Source: Candidatus Omnitrophota bacterium
GTDB taxonomy: Bacteria > Omnitrophota > Gorgyraeia > Zapsychrales > Zapsychraceae
Length of the DNA: 54,911 nucleotides
Assembly (NCBI GenBank): GCA_003522725.1
Contig: DPIG01000063.1
Location: forward strand, 2,641-57,551
Reading direction: 5' to 3'
Shown here: piece by piece, positions 18,755-27,596 of the stretch
How the letters are laid out: every line of letters starts with the position of its first letter
How positions within the stretch are numbered: the first letter of the stretch is position 1
Notes under the pieces: generated by a model
What the model was told of the DNA's origin: nothing
What the model saw: only the letters and a program-made list of their open reading frames with translations
The model's database searches: none
Translations under genes and position numbers: made by a program

Positions 18755-19284
18755 AGATCGATACCCGACAAGGCATTAGCTTGGTCGAAATCATGATGAC
18801 GACGTTGTTGTCGGTTTCCATTCTGGCCGGCATCTACGCGACCTTTGTTGTGGGGGAAAGAGCGTGGCGCTATTATGTCGACAGCATTATGATAAGACAG
18901 CAAATCCGCATGGCAATGCTCGTCTTGACCAATGAACTGCGTGAGGCCAGGGGGGCCTTGATCGTTAAAGAGGAGGCTCCTCCCGGCGTGCGGCTTAATT
19001 TTTTAAAACCTTCCGCGGGACAGATTTCCTATCTTTGGAACGGCAGCGGAGAGGACGCGAACAAACTGGTCCGGCAGGACAGTTCAGGCACGAGAGTTAT
19101 AGCCGACAATATTTCTTCCGTTGATTATGTCATAAGTGATGATTCGATCTTTATCGATATCCGTGCGACATCTAAGCCCAAGATAGGGCAACCCATGGAT
19201 CTAACCCTGAAGGAACAAGTGGCTTTAAGGGCCAGGACCAGCCGGTTTAAACCCCAGAAGGAACGGAATGAAAAAGCTAAATAA
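18751..19284 (+). CDS. Prepilin-type protein (PilW/GspJ-like minor pilin)
   Basis: RQG|ISLVEIMM with Glu5, ELREA; ATGA overlap. Confidence 0.8.
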   Translation: MKIDTRQGISLVEIMMTTLLSVSILAGIYATFVVGERAWRYYVDSIMIRQQIRMAMLVLTNELREARGALIVKEEAPPGVRLNFLKPSAGQISYLWNGSGEDANKLVRQDSSGTRVIADNISSVDYVISDDSIFIDIRATSKPKIGQPMDLTLKEQVALRARTSRFKPQKERNEKAK

Positions 19285-20395
19285 TAAAGGGGCTGTGCTG
19301 ATATTGGCTTATATCGTTTTGTTCGTCCTGCTCACGCTCTCCGCGGGTATCGCGAGTTTTCATATTAACGAACACAACTATGCCCGCCGGCATTACTTTT
19401 CAACGGCCGCCTTTTGGCTTGCTGAAGCCGGCATAAATATATTTATAAAAGACCCGCTGATGCTGGACCAAACGGGTTCGTACACCCTGCATGATGAGAA
19501 CAGCATGGTTCATGTGACAAAAGATGACGCGAATTCCAGGCACCGCGTAGTTACGGCTACCGGAACCTTTGCGGGAGTCGAAAAAAGCATCCAGATCACA
19601 TATCGGGCCAAAGCCCCGGAGGTTTTTCGAAGTACTGTTTCCGCGGACGGCGACCTTGTCATCAACGGCAAAAAAACGATGGCCGCTATTAACGACAAAG
19701 TGCGCCTTAACGGAAAAGTGATCGATCATGGTGAGCATTCAAGGGTGTTCATAGAAGACAAAAATGAAAAAGTCGCCGCAAGTCTTGTTTCGTTGACCTA
19801 CCCCGATGCCAACCATAACGGCATCGCGGATGAATTCGCCGATTTTGTGCAGGTTAACCGTGACATCTTAAAAAGCTACCCTTCCGAAGAGGTCCTCTAC
19901 ATCAAGGGGAATGGGACCTACCTGCTCGCCCCCAACAGCTCTCTTGAAGGGAAAAAGATAATTTATGTCGAGGGAGAAGAGGGCAACGGGAACGTCGTCA
20001 TCCTTTTCGGGGAAGGGTTGCGGAAGGGCCAGAAAATGACCATTATTTCAACGGGGACAGTTGTCCATAATCAAACGGGCTTCGCGGCACCCGATTCACA
20101 GCTTAACATTATTGCCTGGACAGGATATTGGGAAACGGCCGCTTTACCAGCCAGCCATAATGGAGCGATCTATACCCATGGCATCGCTCACTTTGACGGC
20201 ATTTACGATACGACGGTCACTAACGGCAGTGTCATCGCCAACGGCGGCGTCACCCTTGGCGAAATTTGGTCGACAAAAACATTTAATTATGCCGACATAA
20301 CGGTTGATGAGGTCGTCCCCGCGGGATTTGAAGAGTTGCTCGGTGGCGGCGCTTCAGGGTATGTGGCAAGGCCTGATGTCTGGAAAGCTATCTGA
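19268..20395 (+). CDS. PilX/GspK-like minor pilin with extended C-terminal beta domain
   Basis: NKG|AVLILAY lacking Glu5, AFWLAEAG motif, DANHNGIAD Ca-loop-like motif. Confidence 0.75.
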   Translation: MKKLNNKGAVLILAYIVLFVLLTLSAGIASFHINEHNYARRHYFSTAAFWLAEAGINIFIKDPLMLDQTGSYTLHDENSMVHVTKDDANSRHRVVTATGTFAGVEKSIQITYRAKAPEVFRSTVSADGDLVINGKKTMAAINDKVRLNGKVIDHGEHSRVFIEDKNEKVAASLVSLTYPDANHNGIADEFADFVQVNRDILKSYPSEEVLYIKGNGTYLLAPNSSLEGKKIIYVEGEEGNGNVVILFGEGLRKGQKMTIISTGTVVHNQTGFAAPDSQLNIIAWTGYWETAALPASHNGAIYTHGIAHFDGIYDTTVTNGSVIANGGVTLGEIWSTKTFNYADITVDEVVPAGFEELLGGGASGYVARPDVWKAI

Positions 20396-20401
20396 CATTA
20401 T

Positions 20402-20941
20402 ATGCAAAACAAACAACATATTTTAAGTCTCGCAATTACACTCGTCATCCTTTTTATCTTTTTCATTGGCCTGACGAATACGCTAATCAATTCATACGTA
20501 AGTGACCTTGGCATATTTAAAGGACGGCGTGAAAATGTTATCGCCATCCCCCAAGAGACTGTTAAGACTGTTTCGCAGGAGCCAAAAAATAATACTTTGA
20601 TCTCCGAGGATCCGGCGCGATACAATATCCAGGTCTTCACGGACAGGGATTTGCGTTTAAGTCAGGCACAATGGGATGTTGGCATATGGGATGTTAATAT
20701 GAAAAAGGCCTTACTCCATTCAAATGCCGCAGGGCATATGGATCGGGGGGGGAAAACACCGAAAGAGTTAAAAGAGCGACTGGGTCGGATTAATAGACAG
20801 ATCAAGGACCTGGAAAAAACAGACCGGAAGAGTACCGGCAATCAGACCGAAGAGATGAAATTACAATCGTTGTATATTCTCAAGTCCAGTTTGACTGTTC
20901 TAGGGGAACAAACCGGAGAGAAAATTCCAGAAAGAAAATGA
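20402..20941 (+). CDS. Hypothetical membrane-anchored protein
   Basis: N-terminal TM, C-terminal coiled coil; tightly packed in the operon. Confidence 0.5.
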   Translation: MQNKQHILSLAITLVILFIFFIGLTNTLINSYVSDLGIFKGRRENVIAIPQETVKTVSQEPKNNTLISEDPARYNIQVFTDRDLRLSQAQWDVGIWDVNMKKALLHSNAAGHMDRGGKTPKELKERLGRINRQIKDLEKTDRKSTGNQTEEMKLQSLYILKSSLTVLGEQTGEKIPERK

Positions 20942-21717
20942 TTTTTATTAAGAAAATCTTCAGAAAAATCAGAAATCTGGGGGGACGACATGGCTCTCCC
21001 GAGGGACTGGTCATCCTGATGTACCACCGCATCAACGATAATCTTCCGGCGCACAACCTCGTCACGCGCACCAAAGCCTTCGCGGAGCAAATGCGCTTTT
21101 TATGCTGGCACGCGAATGTCTGCCGGGTGATCAGTCTCAAGGAATTCGAGACCGGGCATCCGGCGATATTCGGGCAAGAACCGAAAACAAAGATCATCAT
21201 CACCTTTGACGACGGATACCGGGACAACTACCTCAACGCGTTCCCGGTCTTGAAAAAATTCGGGTTTCCGGCCACTGTCTTTTTAACGACCGGCCTCATC
21301 GGCACTGACCAAAAATTTAACCGCTACGCGGATCTCCCGGGACGCGACATGCTTGACTGGACGGAAGTCGCCAAGATGTATGCCCATAAGATCGCCTTCG
21401 GCGCCCACACGGCATCCCACCCGCATCTTCCCAGGTTCAGCTACCAAACCCAGCGCGAAGAGATCGCGGAAAGCCGCGCCTGTGTAAATAAAAATCTGCC
21501 GCCGGGTGAGCGGCTTGACACCTTTTGCTATCCCTACGGCGAGTATAACGCGGATACACTCAAGATCGTGCAAGAGCTGGGGTTCAGATACGCCCTAAGC
21601 GTCATCCCGGGCGTGAATAAACCCGAGACACCACTTTTTGAACTCCGGCGCATCGAGGTCAGCGGGTTTGATACCATTAAAAACTTTGAATATAAACTAC
21701 TGGAAAAATACAGATGA
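20938..21717 (+). CDS. Polysaccharide deacetylase (CE4)
   Basis: LMYHR, TFDDG, HTASH, FCYPYG. Confidence 0.92.
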   Translation: MIFIKKIFRKIRNLGGRHGSPEGLVILMYHRINDNLPAHNLVTRTKAFAEQMRFLCWHANVCRVISLKEFETGHPAIFGQEPKTKIIITFDDGYRDNYLNAFPVLKKFGFPATVFLTTGLIGTDQKFNRYADLPGRDMLDWTEVAKMYAHKIAFGAHTASHPHLPRFSYQTQREEIAESRACVNKNLPPGERLDTFCYPYGEYNADTLKIVQELGFRYALSVIPGVNKPETPLFELRRIEVSGFDTIKNFEYKLLEKYR

Positions 21718-22484
21718 TCACTCAACCCATAGTCCTCATGTACCACGGGATCGTTACGCCGCAGACGCCGGTGCCGCGGGAGCGGGAAACGGGTGCCGAT
21801 CTCTATGACGTCACGGCGGAGAATTTCCGCGCCCAACTGGAATGGCTCAAGGAAAATCTCTACCGGACCGTCACCATCCGTAAAAATCTGAACGCCTTTA
21901 GCACCAAAGAGATCCTCCTGACCTTTGATGACGGAGAAATGAACAACTGTACCGCCGCCATGCCCTTGCTCAAGGAATTCGGTTTTACCGGCCACTTTTT
22001 CCTGATCGCCAAACGCGTCGGCAAGGAAGGGTATATGGGCTGGGAACAGGTCCGCCGGCTTGTTGCCGAAGGGATGGTCATCGGTTCCCACGGCTTCAGC
22101 CACGAGATCCTCACCAATTTGCTGGACCCGCAGATCCGGGAGGAACTCTCCGCCTCCAGAAAATATCTGGAACGCAACCTTGGACTATCCATTGAAAGCA
22201 TTTCGATCCCGCGCGGATTTTGCGACGACAAAATCATCCGGATGGCCCGCGAGGCGGGATACCGGTATATTTTTGTATCGGAAAAGCTGGATGGCGCCGG
22301 AGCGGACTGTTTCAGCCGCGTTGCCGTCAAGTCGAACTGGACCATCGACCGCTTCGCGCAAGCCATGCGGGGAAGCGCGCCCGTCAGGGAAAAAATTCTC
22401 GTGTCTTGCAAAAATGGCGTAAAAAAAATCCTGGGTGGAGGCGCGTACGACTGGGTCCGGCGGATGATGCTCAAAATAAAATAA
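21714..22484 (+). CDS. Polysaccharide deacetylase (CE4)
   Basis: LMYHG, TFDDG, GSHGFSH, SIPRG. Confidence 0.88.
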   Translation: MITQPIVLMYHGIVTPQTPVPRERETGADLYDVTAENFRAQLEWLKENLYRTVTIRKNLNAFSTKEILLTFDDGEMNNCTAAMPLLKEFGFTGHFFLIAKRVGKEGYMGWEQVRRLVAEGMVIGSHGFSHEILTNLLDPQIREELSASRKYLERNLGLSIESISIPRGFCDDKIIRMAREAGYRYIFVSEKLDGAGADCFSRVAVKSNWTIDRFAQAMRGSAPVREKILVSCKNGVKKILGGGAYDWVRRMMLKIK

Positions 22485-22509
22485 TACTGGAGAAGGTGGA
22501 TGCTGGATA

Positions 22510-22562
22510 TACATTATATAAATTGTATTATACTTGACAATACAACATATTCATTGTATATT
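22510..22562 (+). promoter_or_regulatory. sigma70 promoter overlapped by two TACAW-N8-TTGTA palindromic operators
   Basis: TTGACA(22534)-17 bp-TATATT(22557); operators at 22510-22527 and 22541-22558. Confidence 0.7.
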
Positions 22563-22568
22563 TAGTCC

Positions 22569-23285
22569 GTGAAGACGCCGAAATTAAATTTCTCCATACA
22601 AAAACGGCTGTTAAAATGCCTGGCCGGCAAGCTGGACCATTATTATCTGGTTGGCGGAACCGCTTTGTCGCTTTACTATTTTCAACACCGGGAATCGTAT
22701 GATCTGGATTTTTTTACAAAATCTTTTTCCCCGAAGGAAATCACGGAGGCCATCGCTTATCTTCAAAAAAAACACAACATGAAAACAGAATTGGTTGCCG
22801 AGAAAACAGGGGATCGATTTGCCAAAATCATGATGTATACAGTGGCGGATAAGAAAGGAGGGACGTGCAAAATTGATTTTGTGGAGGATTTTGTGAAGCT
22901 TGTTCAACCCCTGCGGGAAGTCGACGGCATCCATGTTGTTTCTCTGGAAGATATCTATTTGAGAAAACTTTATGCCGTGGCCGGCCATACGGCATCACAA
23001 AACGATGTCGGCCAACATGTCGCCATCGGAGGCCGGCGGGAAGCCAAAGATTTTTATGATTTGTATTGCCTCTCCAGCATCTCGACGCCTCTGTCCAAGT
23101 TTGTCGCGCGCCATGGGACGGCAACCGTCAAGGAAGGCCTGGTCCGGTGGTATCGCACGTTTGACCGGATGGCCATAAAAACAGGCCTGCTGGATTTGGT
23201 CACGGAGAAGGCCGTTGATTTCCGCCGGATGGATCAGCATTTTAAAAATGAAGTGGATGCCATTTTATCCGAGGAAATAGGATGA
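22569..23285 (+). CDS. AbiEii/AbiGii-family nucleotidyltransferase toxin (type IV TA)
   Basis: LVGGTALSLYYFQHRESYDLDFF, KIDFV, KLYA, REAKDFYDLY. Confidence 0.88.
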   Translation: MKTPKLNFSIQKRLLKCLAGKLDHYYLVGGTALSLYYFQHRESYDLDFFTKSFSPKEITEAIAYLQKKHNMKTELVAEKTGDRFAKIMMYTVADKKGGTCKIDFVEDFVKLVQPLREVDGIHVVSLEDIYLRKLYAVAGHTASQNDVGQHVAIGGRREAKDFYDLYCLSSISTPLSKFVARHGTATVKEGLVRWYRTFDRMAIKTGLLDLVTEKAVDFRRMDQHFKNEVDAILSEEIG

Positions 23286-23818
23286 CGGCAAAAAAAACCG
23301 ATTGGCTGTGGGACCGGAATATTCCGCCCCAAAAAGTTAAAAATATCCTGGCGGATGAGAGGCATCCGAAATTTATCGAACTTGCCGCGCTTCTTTTGGC
23401 CAGAAAAAATACACCGAAAGAAGTTTTTAAAAACTACCTTCCCAGAGACACTTTTTTCCGCAACTGGCAGCGCATCAAGAAAAAAATGCGGCAGGACAAA
23501 TGGACTGAAGACAGGATTATCTTTTGGCAGGCCATCCATGAAAAACTGGCGGAAATATTCCGGGGAGAAGGCATCACCATCCGATCCATCAAAACAATTT
23601 CCCCGGAGAGTGAACTGTTCCGGGATGTGGGAGAACAGATCAAGAAATTACGCAAACAGGCCGGTTTGACACAAAATGATCTGGCTCAAAAACTCGGCGT
23701 GTCCCAACAGGTCATTTCACGCGTTGAGAGCGGCCGCGATAATGTCAGCCTTTTGACCATCAAACAAGTTGTTGGAGCGCTGGGCCATAAAGTAACGGTT
23801 CAGTTCATGCCTCAATGA
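23282..23818 (+). CDS. Putative antitoxin/regulator: N-terminal WLWD domain + C-terminal XRE HTH
   Basis: IKKLRKQAGLTQNDLAQKLGVSQQVISRVESG; ATGA overlaps on both sides. Confidence 0.8.
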   Translation: MTAKKTDWLWDRNIPPQKVKNILADERHPKFIELAALLLARKNTPKEVFKNYLPRDTFFRNWQRIKKKMRQDKWTEDRIIFWQAIHEKLAEIFRGEGITIRSIKTISPESELFRDVGEQIKKLRKQAGLTQNDLAQKLGVSQQVISRVESGRDNVSLLTIKQVVGALGHKVTVQFMPQ

Positions 23819-25002
23819 TGATCCTCGCGTTCTGGCTCCTCATATCACTCACGATCTACTGCTACTTTGTCTACCCGCTACTGTTGTGGCTCATGGCGCG
23901 GTTACGGCCCAACCCGGTCCGCAAAAGCCCGTGGGAACCGACCGTATCCATCGTCCTCTCGGTCTGGAACGAAGAAGATGTTATAAAAGAAAAACTCCAG
24001 AACCTCTTGTCCCTGGATTATCCTAACGAGAAAATGGAGATCCTCATCGGCTCGGACGGTTCCACCGACAAAACGGCCCGGATCGTCCGCGGCTTCAACG
24101 ACCCGCGGATCCATTTGATCGAGCGGCCGCGGCGCCAAGGAAAGATGGCGACGCTCAACGAGCTTGTCCAGGCGGCAAGAAATGAAACGATCGTTTTTTG
24201 CGACGCGCGTCAAACGTTCGCTCCCAACGCCATCCGGGAACTCGTGGCCAATCTTGCCGATCATCACGTGGGATGCGTGAGCGGCGAACTTATTTTTGAA
24301 GAAAAGAAAGAGGGGGGGGCTACGGCCAAAGGTGTAAGCCTGTACTGGAATTACGAAAAATTTATCCGCAAGCACGAAAGCCGTATCCATTCCATGCTCG
24401 GCGCCACCGGAGCCATTTACGCCATCCGGCGGGAGTTGTTCGTCCCGATCCCGACGCACATCGTCTTGGATGACATGTTTGTCCCTCTACAGATCATCCG
24501 TAAAGGATACCGGGCGGTCCTGGATGAATCCGCCAAGGCCTATGACCAGGCGGCGGACAGCCCGCGCGAAGAGCACCGCCGCAAGACCCGCACACTTTTC
24601 GGGAACTATCAAATTTTCGGTCTTTTCCCTGACCTGTTTAACCCGCTGCGCAGCCCGGTTGCCATCCAATTATTTTCACACAAGCTATTGCGGGTGCTTA
24701 TACCATTATTTTTAGTGCTACTATTTATCCTGAATCTGCTCTTAACCGGCGAACCGTTATACCAAATCATGTTTTATCTGCAAATTGTCTTTTACGGGAT
24801 GGCCGTTACAGGAGCCTTGTCAAGATACCAAAAGCATGGTATGTTTAACCTCATATCTAAAATCTGTTACATACCGTATGTTTTTTGTTTGCTGAACTTT
24901 TCAGCGCTGGCAGGAACATTACGTTTTTTTAGTTCAAAACAGGAAGCCACGTGGGAGAAAGCCAGGGGGGAGCAGAAGAATGAGCATGAAAAACCCACTT
25001 AA
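23815..25002 (+). CDS. GT2 membrane glycosyltransferase (PgaC/IcaA-like, exosortase-locus type)
   Basis: N-terminal TM, SDGSTD, FCDA, GAIYAIRR, LDD, RRKTR, C-terminal TMs. Confidence 0.88.
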   Translation: MMILAFWLLISLTIYCYFVYPLLLWLMARLRPNPVRKSPWEPTVSIVLSVWNEEDVIKEKLQNLLSLDYPNEKMEILIGSDGSTDKTARIVRGFNDPRIHLIERPRRQGKMATLNELVQAARNETIVFCDARQTFAPNAIRELVANLADHHVGCVSGELIFEEKKEGGATAKGVSLYWNYEKFIRKHESRIHSMLGATGAIYAIRRELFVPIPTHIVLDDMFVPLQIIRKGYRAVLDESAKAYDQAADSPREEHRRKTRTLFGNYQIFGLFPDLFNPLRSPVAIQLFSHKLLRVLIPLFLVLLFILNLLLTGEPLYQIMFYLQIVFYGMAVTGALSRYQKHGMFNLISKICYIPYVFCLLNFSALAGTLRFFSSKQEATWEKARGEQKNEHEKPT

Positions 25003-25804
25003 ATCCCACACTACCGAATTTCTCCTCGCGGGGATGTTTATCCTCACCTACATCCCGACGCTACTGTGGCTGTGGGACCGGTGGTTCGCCCGGGATTCCT
25101 ATTACAGCCACGGTATCCTGATCCCGTTTGTCAGTGGGTTTCTCGTTTGGCAGATGCGTGATGAGCTTGCGGCGATAAAACCCAGGCGTTCCCCCTGGGG
25201 GATGCCGCTCATCATCACCGGTTTGTGCGTTCATTTAATGAGCTCATTACTTCGGGTTTATTTTACCTCTGGATTTTCCATGCTGGTTGTCCTTAGCGGT
25301 CTGGTCCTTTTTTTCTACGGCTCAAAAACTCTCAAAAAGATCACATTCCCTGTCGCCTTTCTCATATTCATGATCCCCGTCCCCCTGGTTGTGATCACCA
25401 ATATCAGCTTCAAAATGAAAATTTTCGCCGCGCAAATCGCCACTGCCGCTCTCAATAGCATGGGGCTGGAGGCTGTCCGGTCCGGAAGCGTCCTTAAGAT
25501 GCAGCACACCTATGTGGTCGTGGATGATATCTGCAGCGGCCTGCGGTCCCTGATCTCCTTAACCGCTCTGGGAAGCATTTTTGCCTGGTGGATGAAGGGG
25601 CCGATGCCTAAACGGATCCTTTTGTTTTGCTCGACGATCCCTATCGCCATCGCGACCAATGTCCTGCGGATCGTCTTTTTATCGTTCGTTTCTGAAGTCT
25701 GGGGGTCGCAATACGCCACCGGCTTTGTCCATGATTTCTCTGGCTTTATGGTCTTTGCCCTGGCATTCGTTTTGTTGTACGCGGTGGGGAAGGTACTGGA
25801 GTGA
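24980..25804 (+). CDS. epsH: Exosortase (EpsH family)
   Basis: YYSHG, VDDICSGLRSL (catalytic Cys), NVLRI (Arg), VHDFSG (His); ~8 TM. Confidence 0.92.
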   Translation: MSMKNPLKSHTTEFLLAGMFILTYIPTLLWLWDRWFARDSYYSHGILIPFVSGFLVWQMRDELAAIKPRRSPWGMPLIITGLCVHLMSSLLRVYFTSGFSMLVVLSGLVLFFYGSKTLKKITFPVAFLIFMIPVPLVVITNISFKMKIFAAQIATAALNSMGLEAVRSGSVLKMQHTYVVVDDICSGLRSLISLTALGSIFAWWMKGPMPKRILLFCSTIPIAIATNVLRIVFLSFVSEVWGSQYATGFVHDFSGFMVFALAFVLLYAVGKVLE

Positions 25805-25805
25805 T

Positions 25806-26453
25806 ATGAAAACCACAAAATTCGAAAAACCCTATCTCATTATAGTTTCTCTTTTCCTGGTATCCGCCGCCATCTCCTGGCAGCTCTACTTCAAAGTCTA
25901 CAGCCAGAAAGACACAATGAGCATCCATACGTTCCCGCGCGAGATCGCCGGGTGGACCGCCGAAGAATTGCCCATTGCCGATAAAGAAAAAGCCATCCTG
26001 GAAACCGACAACGTCTTTACCCGCCGTTACACCAGCCCGCAAGGAGAGGAAATTTACCTCTTTATCGTTTATTCCCAAAATAACCGCAAAGTCTCGCATC
26101 CTCCCGAGGTCTGCTACACGGGGAGCGGGGCGACCATCCTGAGCAATGTTCATGACTCCTTTAGTGCCGACTCATCGCTTGGGGATGTCAAGGTCAATCG
26201 GGTGACGGTTGAACAAGGCCGCGAAAGACAAATATTCTTTTATTGGTTCAAGGTCGGAGATGCTTTTACGCCAAACTATTGGAAACAGCAGGGACTTATC
26301 GCTTTAAAATCCTTCCGCGGCCAGCCATCCAGCAGTGCCCTGATCCGCATTTCGACTCCCGCGCAAAATGAGAGAGACGATGAAAACGCCACGCGACGGT
26401 TAAAAGACTTTAGCCGAATTATCCTTCCCCATATATACAAGCATCTTCCATAA
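25806..26453 (+). CDS. epsI: EpsI family exosortase-associated protein
   Basis: N-terminal TM, FPREIAGW, HPPEVCYTGSG, FYWF, ALIRIS; follows the exosortase. Confidence 0.88.
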   Translation: MKTTKFEKPYLIIVSLFLVSAAISWQLYFKVYSQKDTMSIHTFPREIAGWTAEELPIADKEKAILETDNVFTRRYTSPQGEEIYLFIVYSQNNRKVSHPPEVCYTGSGATILSNVHDSFSADSSLGDVKVNRVTVEQGRERQIFFYWFKVGDAFTPNYWKQQGLIALKSFRGQPSSSALIRISTPAQNERDDENATRRLKDFSRIILPHIYKHLP

Positions 26454-26457
26454 GCGA

Positions 26458-26548
26458 TGTCTATCTCACGCAACATGTGTTGCATAATTTGAACAGTTAC
26501 AATATATGACAGTCTATGCTTGTCCATGACTGTCCAACAGCATTAACA
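26458..26548. promoter_or_regulatory. Three TGT-N12-ACA candidate enhancer-binding-protein sites
   Basis: 26458-26475, 26478-26495 and 26531-26548, ~80-170 bp upstream of the sigma54 promoter. Confidence 0.6.
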
Positions 26549-26629
26549 CAACCAACCAATATTCCTCCGCATCTAGTTGATTCATAACGAATTACGCTCT
26601 CTAGAAATACATTCAAAACATCGCATTCT

Positions 26630-26645
26630 TGGCACGCAATTTGCT
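26630..26645 (+). promoter_or_regulatory. sigma54 (-24/-12) promoter
   Basis: TGGCAC-GCAAT-TTGCT matches the TGGCAC-N5-TTGCW consensus; 15 bp before the ATG. Confidence 0.9.
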
Positions 26646-26660
26646 TCTTAATGTGTACGT

Positions 26661-27536
26661 ATGAACTCGAAAAATCAAATACATCCTGTTAAAGAAAAAA
26701 TTTTGAGTGTTGCGCTGATTACGGTTATGTTTGCGGCGAGTGCTTCTTTCGTAACTACCGCATGGGCTGCGTTATCCTTTGTCATGCCGCATGACACAGC
26801 GGTGTCCGCGCAGCAGCCAACTCAACAGTCAGCCGTTACGGCTATACCTGACCAAACGGAGAAGCCGCGTTCGCGCGCTCCGGAGCCATCTACCCTGATG
26901 TTATTCGGAAGCGGCATTTTGGGCATGGGGGTCAGCTTTGTCCGCAGGACATATCATCTTGTCAAACGCGCTTTTGATATTGCCGCCTCTTTGCTGGGAA
27001 TCATTTTTCTTTCACCTTTATTTTTACTCGCGGCGGTTCTGATCAAATGCACTTCGAAGGGACCGGTTTTATTTACACAGACCCGGGTAGGGAAAGACGG
27101 TGAACTGTTTGACATTTATAAATTCCGCACCATGCGGGTTGACGCGGAAAAGGAAACCGGCCCCGTTTGGGCGGAGAATAACGATCCCCGGCTTATCCCA
27201 GTTGGCAGATTCTTGCGCAAGGCGCATATCGATGAAATTCCGCAATTTATCAACATCCTCAAAGGGGAAATGAGCTTGATCGGCCCGCGCCCGGAACGCC
27301 CCGTCTTTGTTCAAAAATTTAAAAAAGAGATCACGGATTATGAAAAACGTTTGGCGGTAAAACCTGGGCTCACCGGACTGGCCCAAGTATGGCACAGCTA
27401 CGATGAAACCATTAATGACGTCCGGAAAAAGATCAAATACGATCTTCTTTATATTAAAAGGCTCTGTCTGTGGACGGATGTACGTATTCTCTTGCGCACC
27501 GTCCGCGTCGTTTTTACTGGGGAAGGCGCGAGATAG
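26661..27536 (+). CDS. Priming phosphoglycosyl transferase (bacterial sugar transferase, PglC/WcaJ core) fused behind a signal peptide and an internal PEP-CTERM motif
   Basis: Signal peptide ending AWA; APEPSTLMLFGSGILGMGVSFVRR; then KRAFD..LSP, KFRTM, DEIPQ..GEMSLIGPRP, KPGLTGLAQV. Confidence 0.9.
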   Translation: MNSKNQIHPVKEKILSVALITVMFAASASFVTTAWAALSFVMPHDTAVSAQQPTQQSAVTAIPDQTEKPRSRAPEPSTLMLFGSGILGMGVSFVRRTYHLVKRAFDIAASLLGIIFLSPLFLLAAVLIKCTSKGPVLFTQTRVGKDGELFDIYKFRTMRVDAEKETGPVWAENNDPRLIPVGRFLRKAHIDEIPQFINILKGEMSLIGPRPERPVFVQKFKKEITDYEKRLAVKPGLTGLAQVWHSYDETINDVRKKIKYDLLYIKRLCLWTDVRILLRTVRVVFTGEGAR

Positions 27537-27596
27537 GAATCGACAACTCGGAATAAATCAAGCACGTATTAACAGTAACAGCAACGGGGGGAAGAA

